64,000 bases of DNA from Bacteroidaceae bacterium (GCA_017408685.1 JAFQUE010000036.1:785-64784), one strand, 5' to 3'; counted from the stretch's first letter, positions 9,427-19,851 are shown. Numbers and translations: made by a program. Notes: a model not told the origin generated them from the sequence alone.

Positions 9427-9470
9427 ATATGGAGTTGTGCAAAGAATTTTTGGCACAACTCCATATTTTT
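9427..9470 (+). terminator. intrinsic terminator after the first M16 peptidase
   Basis: 14-bp stem ATATGGAGTTGTGC / GCACAACTCCATAT, an 11-nt loop, then TTTTT. Confidence 0.75.
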
Positions 9471-9674
9471 GTAGCATTTCAGTTCTTCTTGCGTCAAATA
9501 TAGTAGTATCAAACGAGCAAGAAATATCAAACTGTTTGAATGTTTTTTACAGCGACGACGCGTAATAAGCGTTGTTTGCGACGACTGCTACTTTAGTAGC
9601 ACCAAGGAGTGCGGCTTGCCGCCCCAAAGAAAATATTCGGGATTTATCTCAAATATACAAAAACATGAATAAAA

Positions 9675-10151
9675 ATGGACAATCTTGAAAAGGAGTTCGA
9701 AACGGTTGTGAGAAAGCACCGTAGCACAATATATACTGTGTGCTACATGTTCTCCAACAATGCCGATGAAGTTGCCGACATGTTTCAGGAGACCCTCATG
9801 AATATGTGGAAAGGATTTCCTAAGTTCCGCGGTGATAGCGATTTGAGGACATGGATATGGCGCGTGAGCCTGAATACATGTATTACTGCCGAACGCAAGA
9901 AGGGCAGGAGGGGTACAACAGTTCCACTTACAGTTGACATTAATCTGTTTGAGGACAGTGATAGCGATACCAGGCAGATAAGGATGTTGCGTGAACGCAT
10001 AAACCGGCTCGGGTATTTTGACAGGGCGATAGTGCTCCTGTGGCTCGAGAATATGAGTTACGATGAAATCGGGGCCATTGTAGGGATAAGTGCCAAGAAT
10101 GTCTCGGTGCGTCTGGTGCGGATACGTGAACAGTTGAAAAAAATGTCTTGA
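9675..10151 (+). CDS. ECF-type RNA polymerase sigma-70 family factor
   Basis: 158 aa. Region 2 (ETLMNMWKGFPKFRGDSDLRTWIWRVSLN) and the region 4 HTH (MSYDEIGAIVGISAKNVSVRLVRIREQLKK) are both present. Confidence 0.85.
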   Translation: MDNLEKEFETVVRKHRSTIYTVCYMFSNNADEVADMFQETLMNMWKGFPKFRGDSDLRTWIWRVSLNTCITAERKKGRRGTTVPLTVDINLFEDSDSDTRQIRMLRERINRLGYFDRAIVLLWLENMSYDEIGAIVGISAKNVSVRLVRIREQLKKMS

Positions 10152-10169
10152 CAATAAAAGCAGTGGTTT

Positions 10170-10760
10170 ATGGATAACAATATAATGTCAAATGAACTTG
10201 AGAGCATGAAGGCTCAACTTGCGTTGCTTAAGGATAAACTTGAAAAGCAGGAGATTGTAAATGAGCGCCATCTCCGCAAGGCAATAAAAGGCAAACTTGG
10301 TGAAATAAACAGGATTGCTGTGAGGATGATGTTTGTAGGTCTGTTTGCTGTAGTGTATTGTACATGGTTGCTTGACTATATGGGGTTTACTCCCTATTTG
10401 CAGATAGGGACACTTGTCATGCTTCTTTCAAGCACTTTTGCAACATATGTAATGCATAGGAATCTTCTCAAGGCGAAGGAACTCAGCGCAGACCTTGTAA
10501 AGGAGACATTTGATTTGGTGAAACTTAAGAAGAGGTATAACAGGTGGTTCTACTTTGCCATTCCTATGATATTTGTATGGCTGTCATCCGTGGTTTACGA
10601 GGTTGTCAATGTAATTCCCGGCAAGGAACTTGCTGCCAGCCTGTTGTGCGGTATCACCGTGGGAGCGTTGGCCGGTGGTATAGTAGGGGTCAAAATACAT
10701 TTCAGGACATTGAAAAAAGTGGACGAGATGCTTGCGCAAATAGAAGAGTTGTCCAAATGA
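10170..10760 (+). CDS. membrane protein of unknown function, candidate atypical anti-sigma partner
   Basis: 196 aa, starting 18 nt after the ECF sigma stop. It has an N-terminal coiled-coil-like segment and about 4 hydrophobic helices. I recognised no zf-HC2 or FecR motif. Confidence 0.5.
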   Translation: MDNNIMSNELESMKAQLALLKDKLEKQEIVNERHLRKAIKGKLGEINRIAVRMMFVGLFAVVYCTWLLDYMGFTPYLQIGTLVMLLSSTFATYVMHRNLLKAKELSADLVKETFDLVKLKKRYNRWFYFAIPMIFVWLSSVVYEVVNVIPGKELAASLLCGITVGALAGGIVGVKIHFRTLKKVDEMLAQIEELSK

Positions 10761-10903
10761 TTCTCTCATTTATCCATATTTTTCCAAAACAGACATCAAA
10801 TATTCCATATCGGGTATATAATTACCGAAAGTGAGTGCTTTTTTATGCACGTTTGATTATATTTTTGTAACTTCGCGACCGTTTATATGGCATTGTGAGG
10901 TAT

Positions 10904-12160
10904 ATGAAAAAAGGATTGGGATATTTGCTTGTCTTGCTGTGTACGCTGTCTGTAATGACGTCGTGCAGCAGTTTTGTGGCGATAGAACGTGCTGCTCATG
11001 AACATTCCGATTCTGTTTTCATCGGTTACCTCAAGAGCAAGAATACCCCATATTCACAGAACAATCATGTTGATATTCTCAATGGTGCCCATGTGAAGTT
11101 CGACAGTCTGCTTGCCGATATCGAGAGGGCCGAACATCACATACATCTTGAGTACTTCAATTTCAGGAACGATTCAATAAACAAGGTGGTCATCACCGCA
11201 TTGGCCAAGAAGGTCAAGGAGGGTGTAGAGGTGCGTGCTATGTTCGACGCCTTCGGCAATATGTCAAATGACAGCCCGTTGAAAAAGAAAGACCTTGAGG
11301 CAATACGTGCGCAAGGTATAGAAATAATAAAATTCGACCCGATAAATTTCCCTTGGGTAAATCATATCCCTTCGCGTGACCATAGAAAGATTGTCGTTAT
11401 CGACGGTAAAATAGGGTACACTGGTGGAATAAACGTTGCAGACTATTATCTCAATGGAATTGAAGGTGTAGGGGAGTGGCGCGACATGCACGCAAGGGTT
11501 ACAGGCGAAGCGGTGAATGCCCTACAGAAGATATTCCTTGACATGTGGGAAAAAGAGGGTGGGGGCCGTGTTGAAGGCGAAGCCTATTATCCGCAGCACA
11601 CAAGAAAGGACGGTGCGGATGTTGCGGTGGTTGACCGATGGCCGCGAAGGACTCCGGAGAGCATACGTCATGCCTATGCGAATGCCATAAATGCCGCCAA
11701 GGATAGTATAGTCATTGTGAGTCCGTACTTTATGCCTACGCCGCGTGTGCGCAATGCAATAGAGAAGGCTATCGACGACGGAGTAAAGGTTACTATAATT
11801 CTGTCGGAAAAGAGTGATATCCCCGGTATTCCCGACGCCGTGTGGCGCGCAGGTTATCAACTGATGAAGCGTGGGGCTGAGGTGTATATGTTTACAGGCG
11901 GGTTCAACCATGCTAAAGTCATGTGCATAGACGGCAAGTTCTGCACAATAGGTTCGGCAAACCTCAATAGCCGGAGTCTTCTTTATGATTACGAGACCAA
12001 TCTGTTTATTTTTGGTAAGGAAGACACACGCGAATTACAGCAATACATTGAACAGGACAAGCAGCGCAGTTACAGGCTTACAAAAGAGATTTATAAAAAA
12101 CGCTCCTGCTGGAGACGGTTTATGGGATGGTTGGTTTCGCTTGCAACACCTGTGACGTAA
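10904..12160 (+). CDS. cls: cardiolipin synthase / phospholipase D family lipoprotein
   Basis: Two HKD motifs (HRKIVVIDGKIGYTGGIN and NHAKVMCIDGKFCTIGSANLN). The track start at 10895 is GTG; the ATG at 10904 gives MKKGLGYLLVLLCTLSVMTSC, a lipoprotein signal. Confidence 0.85.
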   Translation: MKKGLGYLLVLLCTLSVMTSCSSFVAIERAAHEHSDSVFIGYLKSKNTPYSQNNHVDILNGAHVKFDSLLADIERAEHHIHLEYFNFRNDSINKVVITALAKKVKEGVEVRAMFDAFGNMSNDSPLKKKDLEAIRAQGIEIIKFDPINFPWVNHIPSRDHRKIVVIDGKIGYTGGINVADYYLNGIEGVGEWRDMHARVTGEAVNALQKIFLDMWEKEGGGRVEGEAYYPQHTRKDGADVAVVDRWPRRTPESIRHAYANAINAAKDSIVIVSPYFMPTPRVRNAIEKAIDDGVKVTIILSEKSDIPGIPDAVWRAGYQLMKRGAEVYMFTGGFNHAKVMCIDGKFCTIGSANLNSRSLLYDYETNLFIFGKEDTRELQQYIEQDKQRSYRLTKEIYKKRSCWRRFMGWLVSLATPVT

Positions 12161-12201
12161 TCTGGTAATACCGGCAATAGAATACAAATATTATTGGCAT
12201 T

Positions 12202-12245
12202 AATATGAGAAGTCCCGATACGCAAGTATCGGGACTTCTCATATT
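12202..12245. terminator. strong hairpin between convergent cls and the wHTH gene
   Basis: 20-bp perfect stem AATATGAGAAGTCCCGATAC / GTATCGGGACTTCTCATATT with a GCAA loop. There is no clear U tract. Confidence 0.5.
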
Positions 12246-12260
12246 GCCTTTAGGCTTCAA

Positions 12261-12458
12261 TTACTTGAGAGCGAAGATTTCCTCCTCACCTGCAACGCAA
12301 GAGAAGATTTTGTCCTCGCGAAGCAACCAACCCAAACCAAGGTAGAGTTCCTTCTCTTTCAGTTTTGCCTTTGTCTTGATCTCTTTCAATGTAAGACCTT
12401 CTGTCTCGTTCAAAGCAGTCCAGATACGGCCTGCAAATGCACCAGCATTCTCAATCAT
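12261..12458 (-). CDS. small winged-helix (DUF2582-like) protein
   Basis: 65 aa. IWTALNETEGLTLKEIKTKAKLKEKELYLGLGWLLREDKI resembles the small wHTH proteins of Bacteroidales. Confidence 0.5.
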   Translation of the reverse strand: MIENAGAFAGRIWTALNETEGLTLKEIKTKAKLKEKELYLGLGWLLREDKIFSCVAGEEEIFALK

Positions 12459-12581
12459 AATTTTTTCCTTATTTAATTCAACATTAATTTAGCCTTTCTC
12501 GCTTTTGAAACAAAAACGTTGTCAAACAAACGTTTATAAAATATAAACAATTATTTTGGCTCTGTTTTTTAATTTCGGGTG

Positions 12582-12589
12582 CAAAGGTA
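12582..12589 (-). promoter_or_regulatory. -7 box TACCTTTG upstream of the wHTH gene
   Basis: The plus strand reads CAAAGGTA, about 124 nt upstream of the ATG at 12458. Confidence 0.3.
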
Positions 12590-12637
12590 CTGCTTTTTTT
12601 TAATTTGACAAAGAAAAATGGTGATTTTCAATGAATT

Positions 12638-13126
12638 TTAATCATTTTCTACACTTTCTTGCTCCTCTTTGCCCGCTTTTGCTTCAAGATACTCGCCGAA
12701 TATACGTGCGGCTTCTTCTACCATCTTGACACAAGGGCGCTTTTTGTAGTACTCGGCTGTGCGCGCCTCGGGTGTTGCAGGTGTCGGGGCACTCTTCGAG
12801 AGTCCGAGAAGTTCGGCACAGATGAGTGAACCGTTGCGTTTGCGGAACTCCTCGGCAAACTCCTGCACCATCCTGTAATTGGCCTCTTTGCCTTCGCGGT
12901 CTTTGCCTTCGGTGCAGCCGCTCTCAAGGCCGGCAAGCATGAAGAGTCCGCAGGCTGCTCCGCATGTCTGGCGCATGCGACCTATTCCTCCGCCGAATGA
13001 GGCCGACATCTTCAGTGCCTGCTCCGGTGTGAAGCCATAGAGGTCGGCATAGGCTGCCACAACCGATTGGCTGCAGTTATATCCTTCTTTGAAGAGTGAT
13101 ATTGCTTTTTCAATTCTTTCTTCCAT
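12638..13126 (-). CDS. C_GCAxxG_C_C family redox-active protein
   Basis: 162 aa. Contains GYNCSQSV, the CGAACG core (C-GCAxxG-type), and later conserved Cys (LICAELL, RPCVKMV). Confidence 0.7.
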   Translation of the reverse strand: MEERIEKAISLFKEGYNCSQSVVAAYADLYGFTPEQALKMSASFGGGIGRMRQTCGAACGLFMLAGLESGCTEGKDREGKEANYRMVQEFAEEFRKRNGSLICAELLGLSKSAPTPATPEARTAEYYKKRPCVKMVEEAARIFGEYLEAKAGKEEQESVEND

Positions 13127-13143
13127 AATTCATCATTTTATTT

Positions 13144-15240
13144 TCAGATAAGACCGCGGGCGCGGAGCAGTGCGTCGGGGTTGGCGTCGGCGCCGCGGAA
13201 TTTGCGGTACTCGCGCATTGGGTCTTTGCTGCCGCCCATCTCAATGAGATTCTTGAATGCCGCTGCTGTCTCCGGGTCAAAAACTCCTTTTTCCTTGAAC
13301 AGTTCAAAGGCATCGCAATCGAGAACCTCGGCCCATAGGTAAGCATAATAACCTACGGCATAACCTCCTCCAAATACGTGTGCGAAGTTTGTACTGCGGT
13401 AGCGGTATTCAATTTCGGGAATAAAACCCAGTTCCCGGCGCAACTCTTTCTCAAACTCGTTGCAATCGAAATTGCTGTAGTCCTCAATTAAGTGCATTCT
13501 CATGTCGAGCAGTGCCGCTGCAACAAGTTCTGTAGTTTCGAAACCAAGGTTGAAGTATGCGCTCTTCTGCATTTTCTCAATCAGTTCGGTCGGGATTGCT
13601 TCACCTGTCTCGTAATGCTTGGCAAATGTAGGCATTACCTCGGGGTGTATTGCCCATTTCTCGTTTACCTGTGAGAAGAGTTCTACAAAATCGTGCTTTA
13701 CGTTTGTGCCGCTTACACTCGGGTAGTGTGCTTGTGTGAGCATACCATGCAGCGCGTGACCGAACTCATGGAACAGGGTACGCGTCTCATCTATGTTGAG
13801 CAGCGCCGGTGTGTCGCCTTGTGGAGCGGTGAAGTTGCATACGTTAACAACCATGGGGCGTATCTCTTCGCCGCCTATGTTGCGCTGGTTTACAAAATTG
13901 GTCATCCATGCCCCCTGGCGCTTGGTATCGCGCGGGAAAAAGTCGGTGTAGAATATACTCAGGTGCTTGCCATCTCTGTCAAGCACTTCGTATGTGCTTA
14001 CTTCGGGGTGGTACACAGGGATATCGTCGCGTTTTACGAACTGCACGCCATAAAGTCTTGTGGCGCAGTCGAATGCTCCTTGAAGAACGTTCTCTAACTT
14101 GAAGTATGGGGTTATTGTCTCGTCGTTCAAGGCGTATTTTGCTTTACGCAGTTTCTCAGTGTAATAGAACCAGTCCCAGCCTTCAATCTTTATGCCTGCA
14201 CCTTCGCTGTCGGCAATCTTCTGCAGTTCTGCTCTTTCTTCAGCGGCGCGTTTTACAGCGGGTTCCCATATTTTTTCCAATAGTGCAAGTGCGGCCTCAG
14301 GTGTCTTTGCCATCTTCTCATCAAGCACAAAATGTGCAAAACTGTCGAAACCGAGCAGTTTGGCTTTTTGTTGGCGCAATTGAAGGATTTCCCTTATGAT
14401 GGCCTTGTTGTCATTGCTGTCACCGTTATCTCCGCGACCATAGTATGCCTTGTATATTTTCTCGCGCAATGCGCGGTTGTCGGCATACTGCAGGAATGGA
14501 ATGCAACTGGGCTTGTCAAGAGTGAATGTCCAACTTTTACCATCCTCGCTTGCTGCCGCCTCAATTACACTCTGCGGCAGGCCGCCAAGGTCGGCCTTAT
14601 CGGTGATGACAAGTTTGAATGCCTTGTTGTCGGCAAGGAGGTTGCTGCTGAATTTTATCTGTGCAAGGCCAATCCTGGTGTCTATATCAAGCAGTGTGGC
14701 TTTCTCCTCCTCGTTGAGCAGTGCGCCGCCACGCACGAATGACCGGTAGTAGTTGTCGAGCACAATCATCTGTTCTTCATCCAGATTCAGTGTTTCCTTT
14801 CTGTCATATATTGAACGTATGCGGTTGAAAAGTGTGTCGTTCATATATATGTAGCCGTTCAGTTCGGTGAGTTTGGGAAGGACATATTCCTCAATTTCCG
14901 TCATCTGCGGTGTATTTTCGCTCTCGTTAAGGTTGAAGAAGATGGAACTTACCTTGTCAAGAGTCTTTCCGCTGAGTTCAAGCGCGTCTATCGTGTTGGC
15001 GAATGTAGGTTCCTCTTCGTTCTCGAGTATGGCCTTGATGTCGGCGCGTTTCTCTTCAAAGGCAATGTCGAAAGCCTCCTTGTAGTCTTCAATATTGAAC
15101 TTGTCGAACTCGGGAGCGCCGAAAGGTGCCTTGCTCTCGGCAAGGATTGTGTTGCTGTTCTCTGCCGGTTTGCTTGTGCCGCATGCTGCAATACCAATCA
15201 TAATCGATAATGTGAATAGTGAATAAAAGGTTTTTTTCAT
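13144..15240 (-). CDS. dcp: M3 family peptidyl-dipeptidase (Dcp-like) lipoprotein
   Basis: HEFGHALH zinc motif and M3 length. I prefer the ATG at 15240 (MKKTFYSLFTLSIMIGIAAC lipoprotein signal) over the track start at 15333. Confidence 0.85.
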   Translation of the reverse strand: MKKTFYSLFTLSIMIGIAACGTSKPAENSNTILAESKAPFGAPEFDKFNIEDYKEAFDIAFEEKRADIKAILENEEEPTFANTIDALELSGKTLDKVSSIFFNLNESENTPQMTEIEEYVLPKLTELNGYIYMNDTLFNRIRSIYDRKETLNLDEEQMIVLDNYYRSFVRGGALLNEEEKATLLDIDTRIGLAQIKFSSNLLADNKAFKLVITDKADLGGLPQSVIEAAASEDGKSWTFTLDKPSCIPFLQYADNRALREKIYKAYYGRGDNGDSNDNKAIIREILQLRQQKAKLLGFDSFAHFVLDEKMAKTPEAALALLEKIWEPAVKRAAEERAELQKIADSEGAGIKIEGWDWFYYTEKLRKAKYALNDETITPYFKLENVLQGAFDCATRLYGVQFVKRDDIPVYHPEVSTYEVLDRDGKHLSIFYTDFFPRDTKRQGAWMTNFVNQRNIGGEEIRPMVVNVCNFTAPQGDTPALLNIDETRTLFHEFGHALHGMLTQAHYPSVSGTNVKHDFVELFSQVNEKWAIHPEVMPTFAKHYETGEAIPTELIEKMQKSAYFNLGFETTELVAAALLDMRMHLIEDYSNFDCNEFEKELRRELGFIPEIEYRYRSTNFAHVFGGGYAVGYYAYLWAEVLDCDAFELFKEKGVFDPETAAAFKNLIEMGGSKDPMREYRKFRGADANPDALLRARGLI

Positions 15241-15377
15241 CGTATGTTCTCTTTTGGTTTTGTTGTGTGTTGTATTGCCGCGAAGATACGAAAATAATGA
15301 TATTGAATCAATTTTATCACCAATATTCAACATTTATGCCGCACTCTTTCTTTTCTTTCATTGGGTAGTGTGGCTGC

Positions 15378-17027
15378 TCAGCAGAACAGCAGAATCATCA
15401 TCTGCCCCACAAGTATTCTCATGAACATTGCGAGAGGGTATACGGTGGCATAGCCAATGGCTGCTTCGCCGCCTTTGTTCTGCTGGTTGGCAAATGCCAG
15501 CGCCGGAGGGTTGGTGCACGAACCGGCGATTACTCCGGAGAGTGTGCTGTATTTGATGTGGAAAAGATAGCGGCCCGCAAAGCCTGCAATTATAATAGGT
15601 ATTACTGTAATCAGTGCGCCATATATAATCCACATGTATCCGCCACGGTTTACAATGCTGTTTACAAATTCGCTTCCTGCACCCAATCCCACGCAGGCAA
15701 GGAACAGCGTGATACCTATTTCCCTTATCATGAGGTTGGCGCTTGTTGTTGTATAGGTCACTATTCCCATTTTGGGACCAAAGTAACTTACCAATATTGC
15801 TACAATCAGCGGTCCTCCGGCCAGTCCCAGTTTTAACGGTGTCGATAGAAGTGTGCCGCTGAGCGGTATACTGCCGAGCACGCAACCCAAAGCAATACCT
15901 ATGAATATTGGTATCAGGTTGGGGTGGTCAAGGTATTTACGCTCATCGCCAAGCAGTTTTCTTACATCATTTACCGCGGTCTTGTGTCCCACAACAGTCA
16001 CAATGTCGCCTACCTGAAGACGGAAACCGGCAGTGGGGGTTAGTTCTACGCCTGCACGGTGTACACGCGTGATGTTTACTCCGAATTCGTGCCTTATGTT
16101 CAGTTTGCCTAACCTGGTGCCGTTGAGTTTGTGCTTTGTGAATGTTATTTTGCGGGATATAAGTTCTTCGTCAATCTTTAGCCATTCTTGCTCGATTTCT
16201 TCGCCAATAAGGGTCGTCAGTCCATTATGCAACTCCTTGTCGGCAATTACAAGTACTCTGTCACCGCCTTTGAGCCTGCTGTGCGAGTCGGCTATTTTAC
16301 AATGCCCTGTGGCGCTGTCGATTATACGTGATACAATAAAATTAAGGTTGCTCTTTTTGCGTATCTCTTCAAGAGTCAAACCGGCGATGTCCTGATTTGT
16401 AACCAGAAGTGATAATCGTTGTATGTTGATGTTGTTTTCTTCTTCTCTACGAAACCGTTTTTCTCCTTTATACAATGCTTTCAGGCTGATAATTGCAAGA
16501 ATGCAGCCTATGACGCCAAGAGGGTATGCTACACTGTAACCAAGTGCTATGTTAGGGCTTTCATAGCCGAACGTGTCTTTGAAGGCCGACGCTGCTGCGC
16601 CCATACCCGGAGTGTTGGTCACTGCTCCTGACATTATTCCGGTTACGGTGTCTACGCTCTCTCCGGTCGTGAATATCAGCAGAAGTGCCATGAGTACATC
16701 GAACAATACTATTATACAGGTTACGGCATTGAGTTTGAGACCCCCGGCCTTGAAACTGGAGAAGAATCCCGGACCGACTTGCAGGCCTATTGAATACACG
16801 AAAAGTATAAGACCGAATTCTTTAACAAAATGAAGCAACTCGCCGTCTATTGTCATGCCGAAGTGTGACAGCAGGATTCCTATGAAAAGCACCCAGGTTA
16901 CGCCGAACGAGATTCCTGCGAACTTTATTCGGCTAAGGTAGACTCCAATGCCCACAGTAAGGGCAAGTATAATCATCGAGTGTGCAATGCTTGTTCCAAA
17001 AAGGAGATTTTCAAAGAATGTTGCCAT
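15378..17027 (-). CDS. YidE/YbjL/AspT-type duplicated transporter with two central RCK_C (TrkA-C) domains
   Basis: 549 aa with two hydrophobic halves flanking a soluble pair of TrkA-C-like repeats (GDRVLVIADKE and GDIVTVVGHKT). Confidence 0.78.
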   Translation of the reverse strand: MATFFENLLFGTSIAHSMIILALTVGIGVYLSRIKFAGISFGVTWVLFIGILLSHFGMTIDGELLHFVKEFGLILFVYSIGLQVGPGFFSSFKAGGLKLNAVTCIIVLFDVLMALLLIFTTGESVDTVTGIMSGAVTNTPGMGAAASAFKDTFGYESPNIALGYSVAYPLGVIGCILAIISLKALYKGEKRFRREEENNINIQRLSLLVTNQDIAGLTLEEIRKKSNLNFIVSRIIDSATGHCKIADSHSRLKGGDRVLVIADKELHNGLTTLIGEEIEQEWLKIDEELISRKITFTKHKLNGTRLGKLNIRHEFGVNITRVHRAGVELTPTAGFRLQVGDIVTVVGHKTAVNDVRKLLGDERKYLDHPNLIPIFIGIALGCVLGSIPLSGTLLSTPLKLGLAGGPLIVAILVSYFGPKMGIVTYTTTSANLMIREIGITLFLACVGLGAGSEFVNSIVNRGGYMWIIYGALITVIPIIIAGFAGRYLFHIKYSTLSGVIAGSCTNPPALAFANQQNKGGEAAIGYATVYPLAMFMRILVGQMMILLFC

Positions 17028-17052
17028 AGTGTGTTTCTTTTGTTTCGGGTTG

Positions 17053-17060
17053 CAAAATTA
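17053..17060 (-). promoter_or_regulatory. -7 box TAATTTTG upstream of the YidE-like transporter
   Basis: The plus strand reads CAAAATTA, 25 nt upstream of the ATG at 17027. Confidence 0.45.
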
Positions 17061-17154
17061 CTGCAAATGGAACTTATGGCACATTTCTTTATAATCCTTT
17101 TTACCAATAGGTGTTATTGCTTTTTTAAATAGTTTTATGATATAATACTTGAAA

Positions 17155-17187
17155 TATGCCCTGAAAGTCTTGAACCTTCAGGGCATA
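17155..17187 (-). terminator. hairpin directly after the clpC stop
   Basis: 11-bp stem TATGCCCTGAA / TTCAGGGCATA with an 11-nt loop. The U tract is weak. Confidence 0.4.
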
Positions 17188-17189
17188 GA

Positions 17190-19718
17190 TTATTGAGAAA
17201 CTTCAAATTTTAATTTATCGGTATTTTTATCGGCGGTAACAAGAATGCTGTCTCCGGTTTTCAATGCGCCGTCGAGCAGCAATCCGGAAATCTCATCCTC
17301 TACATAGTTCTGCAAAGCGCGTTTCAGCGGTCGGGCACCGTATTGTATGTCGTATCCTTTGTTTGCAAGGAATTTCTTTGCCTCGGGAGTGAGTTCTATG
17401 TTATAACCCAACTCAGTGACACGCTTTACAATCTGTGCAAGTTCAAGGTCCACGATATTCACAATGGCGTCAAGTCCCAATTGGTCAAAGTTTATTATCT
17501 CGTCTATGCGGTTGATGAATTCCGGCGCAAAACGTTTGTTCAGTGCCTTCTGTATTACGGAACGTGAATATTCCTTGCTGCCGGCACGCTCATCCTTGGC
17601 AAAACCAATGCCGGCACCGAAATCCTTGAGTTCGCGCGTACCTACATTCGATGTCATTATGAGGACTGTATTGCGGAAGTCTACCGTGCGTCCGTAACTG
17701 TCGGTTAGGCGACCTTCGTCCATAACCTGCAACAGGAGATTGAAAACATCGGTGTGTGCCTTCTCAATCTCGTCGAGCAGGACAATGGAGTAGGGACGGC
17801 GGCGTACCCGTTCTGTGAGTTGACCTCCTTCCTCATAACCTACATATCCCGGAGGGGCACCTACAAGGCGTGAAACCGTGAACTTCTCCATGTATTCGCT
17901 CATGTCTATGCGTATGAGCGAGTCGGCGCTGCCGAACATGAACTTGGCAAGTTCCTTGGCAAGCAGTGTCTTGCCCACACCTGTGGGGCCCAGGAACATG
18001 AATGTGCCTATCGGCTTGTTGGGGTTTTGCAATCCTACACGACTGCGTTGTATTGCTTTGGTGAGTTTTTCTATTGCATTGTCCTGTGCTATCACTCTGC
18101 TTGTGAGTTCATGCTTCATGCCCTTTAAGCGGGTCCACTCGTCTTGTTGCATGCGCTGCATTGGTACGCCCGAAATCATTGATACCACTTTTGCAACCTC
18201 TTCCTCGTCTACCGTCTGGCGGTTACCGGCAAGACTCTTTTCCCATTCGGTTTTCATTCTTGCAAGTTCGGCTTGCAACTCCTTTTCCTTGTCGCGCAGG
18301 TTTGCTGCACTCTCGAAATCCTGACGCTTTACTGCGGCATTCTTCTCCTTGTTCACAGTGTCAATGAGCAATTCCTGCTCTTCAATCTCCTTTGGAACCT
18401 TTATGTTGCTTATGTGCATGCGGGCACCGACCTCGTCCATGGCGTCAATGGCTTTGTCGGGGAAGCAACGGTCGGTTATGTAGCGGTCGGTCAATTTGAC
18501 ACATGCCTGCAATGCCTCATCGGTATATGTTACATTGTGGTGGTTTTCGTAGCGCTCCTTTATGTTGGTGAGGATGTTGTATGTGTCCTCGGCCGATGTG
18601 GGCTCTACAAGTACCTTTTGAAAACGTCTTTCCAGTGCACCGTCCTTTTCTATAGTCTTGCGGTATTCGTCGACAGTGGTGGCACCAATGCACTGTATTT
18701 CACCACGTGCAAGTGCCGGCTTCAATATGTTTGCGGCGTCCATTGAACCCGGTGTTGAACCGGCGCCCACAATGGTGTGTATCTCGTCAATGAAGATTAT
18801 GATGTTGGGATTGTTCTCGAGTTCGTTTATTATGGCACGCAAGCGTTCCTCGAATTGCCCCCTGTATTTTGTGCCGGCAACAACGGCTGTCATGTCGAGT
18901 GCTATGACGCGTTTGTCGAACAGCATGCGGGATGTCTTGCGCTCTACAATACGTTGTGCCAACCCTTCCACTATTGCCGATTTCCCGACACCGGGTTCTC
19001 CAATAAGTATCGGGTTGTTCTTTTTTCTGCGACTCAGTATCTGTGAAATGCGCTCAATTTCTTTGGCGCGGCCGATGACCGGGTCCAGTTTTCCCTCGCT
19101 TGCAGCCTTAGTCATGTCTACACCGAAATTGTCAAGTACGGGTGTGTCATTCGATGATTTCGCCTGCTGTGTCCCCATTGTCTGCTTCCCTACATTGCTG
19201 CTGCCCCCGGGCAGGGCCTCTTCTTCATCGTCTTCGTTGTCGGTATATCCAAACCCGTTAGATATGTTGCTGTTCTTGTCCGGAGTGGTGGACTTCACCA
19301 TGTCGGACATTCTTGAGTACGTTATATTGTTTTCCTCCAGAATTTCTGCTGCCAGGTTGTTCTTTTCCTTGAGTATACCTAATATAAGGTGCTCGGCATC
19401 GGCAATAGTCTTGAATGCGCGGGCTTCAAGAGTGCAGAAACGGAGTACTCTTGCTGTACTCAGGCTCATCTCTACATTCTCGTCATAGGGCATGTCTGCC
19501 GCCTGTACTAATGAAGAGAGTCGTTTCTCAATACTCTCTTTGAGTTCCTGAAGGTCAACGTTCATGCTGTTCAGCATATCGAGTGCACAACCCTTGCGGC
19601 GGCGTATTATTCCCAGCAAGAGATGTTCCGGGTTAATGGTCTTGCTGCGCAGGCGTGTGGCCTCCTCTTTGCCAAGCGACAATATTTCGGTTATTTTTTG
19701 CGATAGTTCGTTGCTCAT
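17190..19718 (-). CDS. clpC: ATP-dependent Clp protease ATP-binding subunit ClpC
   Basis: Clp_N repeats, two Walker A loops (GEPGVGKSA and GPTGVGKTLLAKE), and a UVR-like short middle domain (QDFESAANLRDKEKELQ). The track start at 19745 is TTG; the ATG at 19718 (MSNELSQ) is preferred. Confidence 0.9.
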   Translation of the reverse strand: MSNELSQKITEILSLGKEEATRLRSKTINPEHLLLGIIRRRKGCALDMLNSMNVDLQELKESIEKRLSSLVQAADMPYDENVEMSLSTARVLRFCTLEARAFKTIADAEHLILGILKEKNNLAAEILEENNITYSRMSDMVKSTTPDKNSNISNGFGYTDNEDDEEEALPGGSSNVGKQTMGTQQAKSSNDTPVLDNFGVDMTKAASEGKLDPVIGRAKEIERISQILSRRKKNNPILIGEPGVGKSAIVEGLAQRIVERKTSRMLFDKRVIALDMTAVVAGTKYRGQFEERLRAIINELENNPNIIIFIDEIHTIVGAGSTPGSMDAANILKPALARGEIQCIGATTVDEYRKTIEKDGALERRFQKVLVEPTSAEDTYNILTNIKERYENHHNVTYTDEALQACVKLTDRYITDRCFPDKAIDAMDEVGARMHISNIKVPKEIEEQELLIDTVNKEKNAAVKRQDFESAANLRDKEKELQAELARMKTEWEKSLAGNRQTVDEEEVAKVVSMISGVPMQRMQQDEWTRLKGMKHELTSRVIAQDNAIEKLTKAIQRSRVGLQNPNKPIGTFMFLGPTGVGKTLLAKELAKFMFGSADSLIRIDMSEYMEKFTVSRLVGAPPGYVGYEEGGQLTERVRRRPYSIVLLDEIEKAHTDVFNLLLQVMDEGRLTDSYGRTVDFRNTVLIMTSNVGTRELKDFGAGIGFAKDERAGSKEYSRSVIQKALNKRFAPEFINRIDEIINFDQLGLDAIVNIVDLELAQIVKRVTELGYNIELTPEAKKFLANKGYDIQYGARPLKRALQNYVEDEISGLLLDGALKTGDSILVTADKNTDKLKFEVSQ

Positions 19719-19851
19719 CTTTTCCTCCTCTTTAATTTTATTCAATATAGTCTTTTCTTTCCGCTTGCGAAGATAGCGTAATATTCTCTTCTCTTCGCTC
19801 TCTTTTTACATAAATTTCCTTGCAAAAAGCGTGCCAAACTATTAATATTTC

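Noticed and set aside
18658-19488. A 276-aa plus-strand ORF.
   Set aside because: It is antisense to clpC. Its composition is Ser/Pro-rich low complexity, typical of the reverse frame of a conserved gene.
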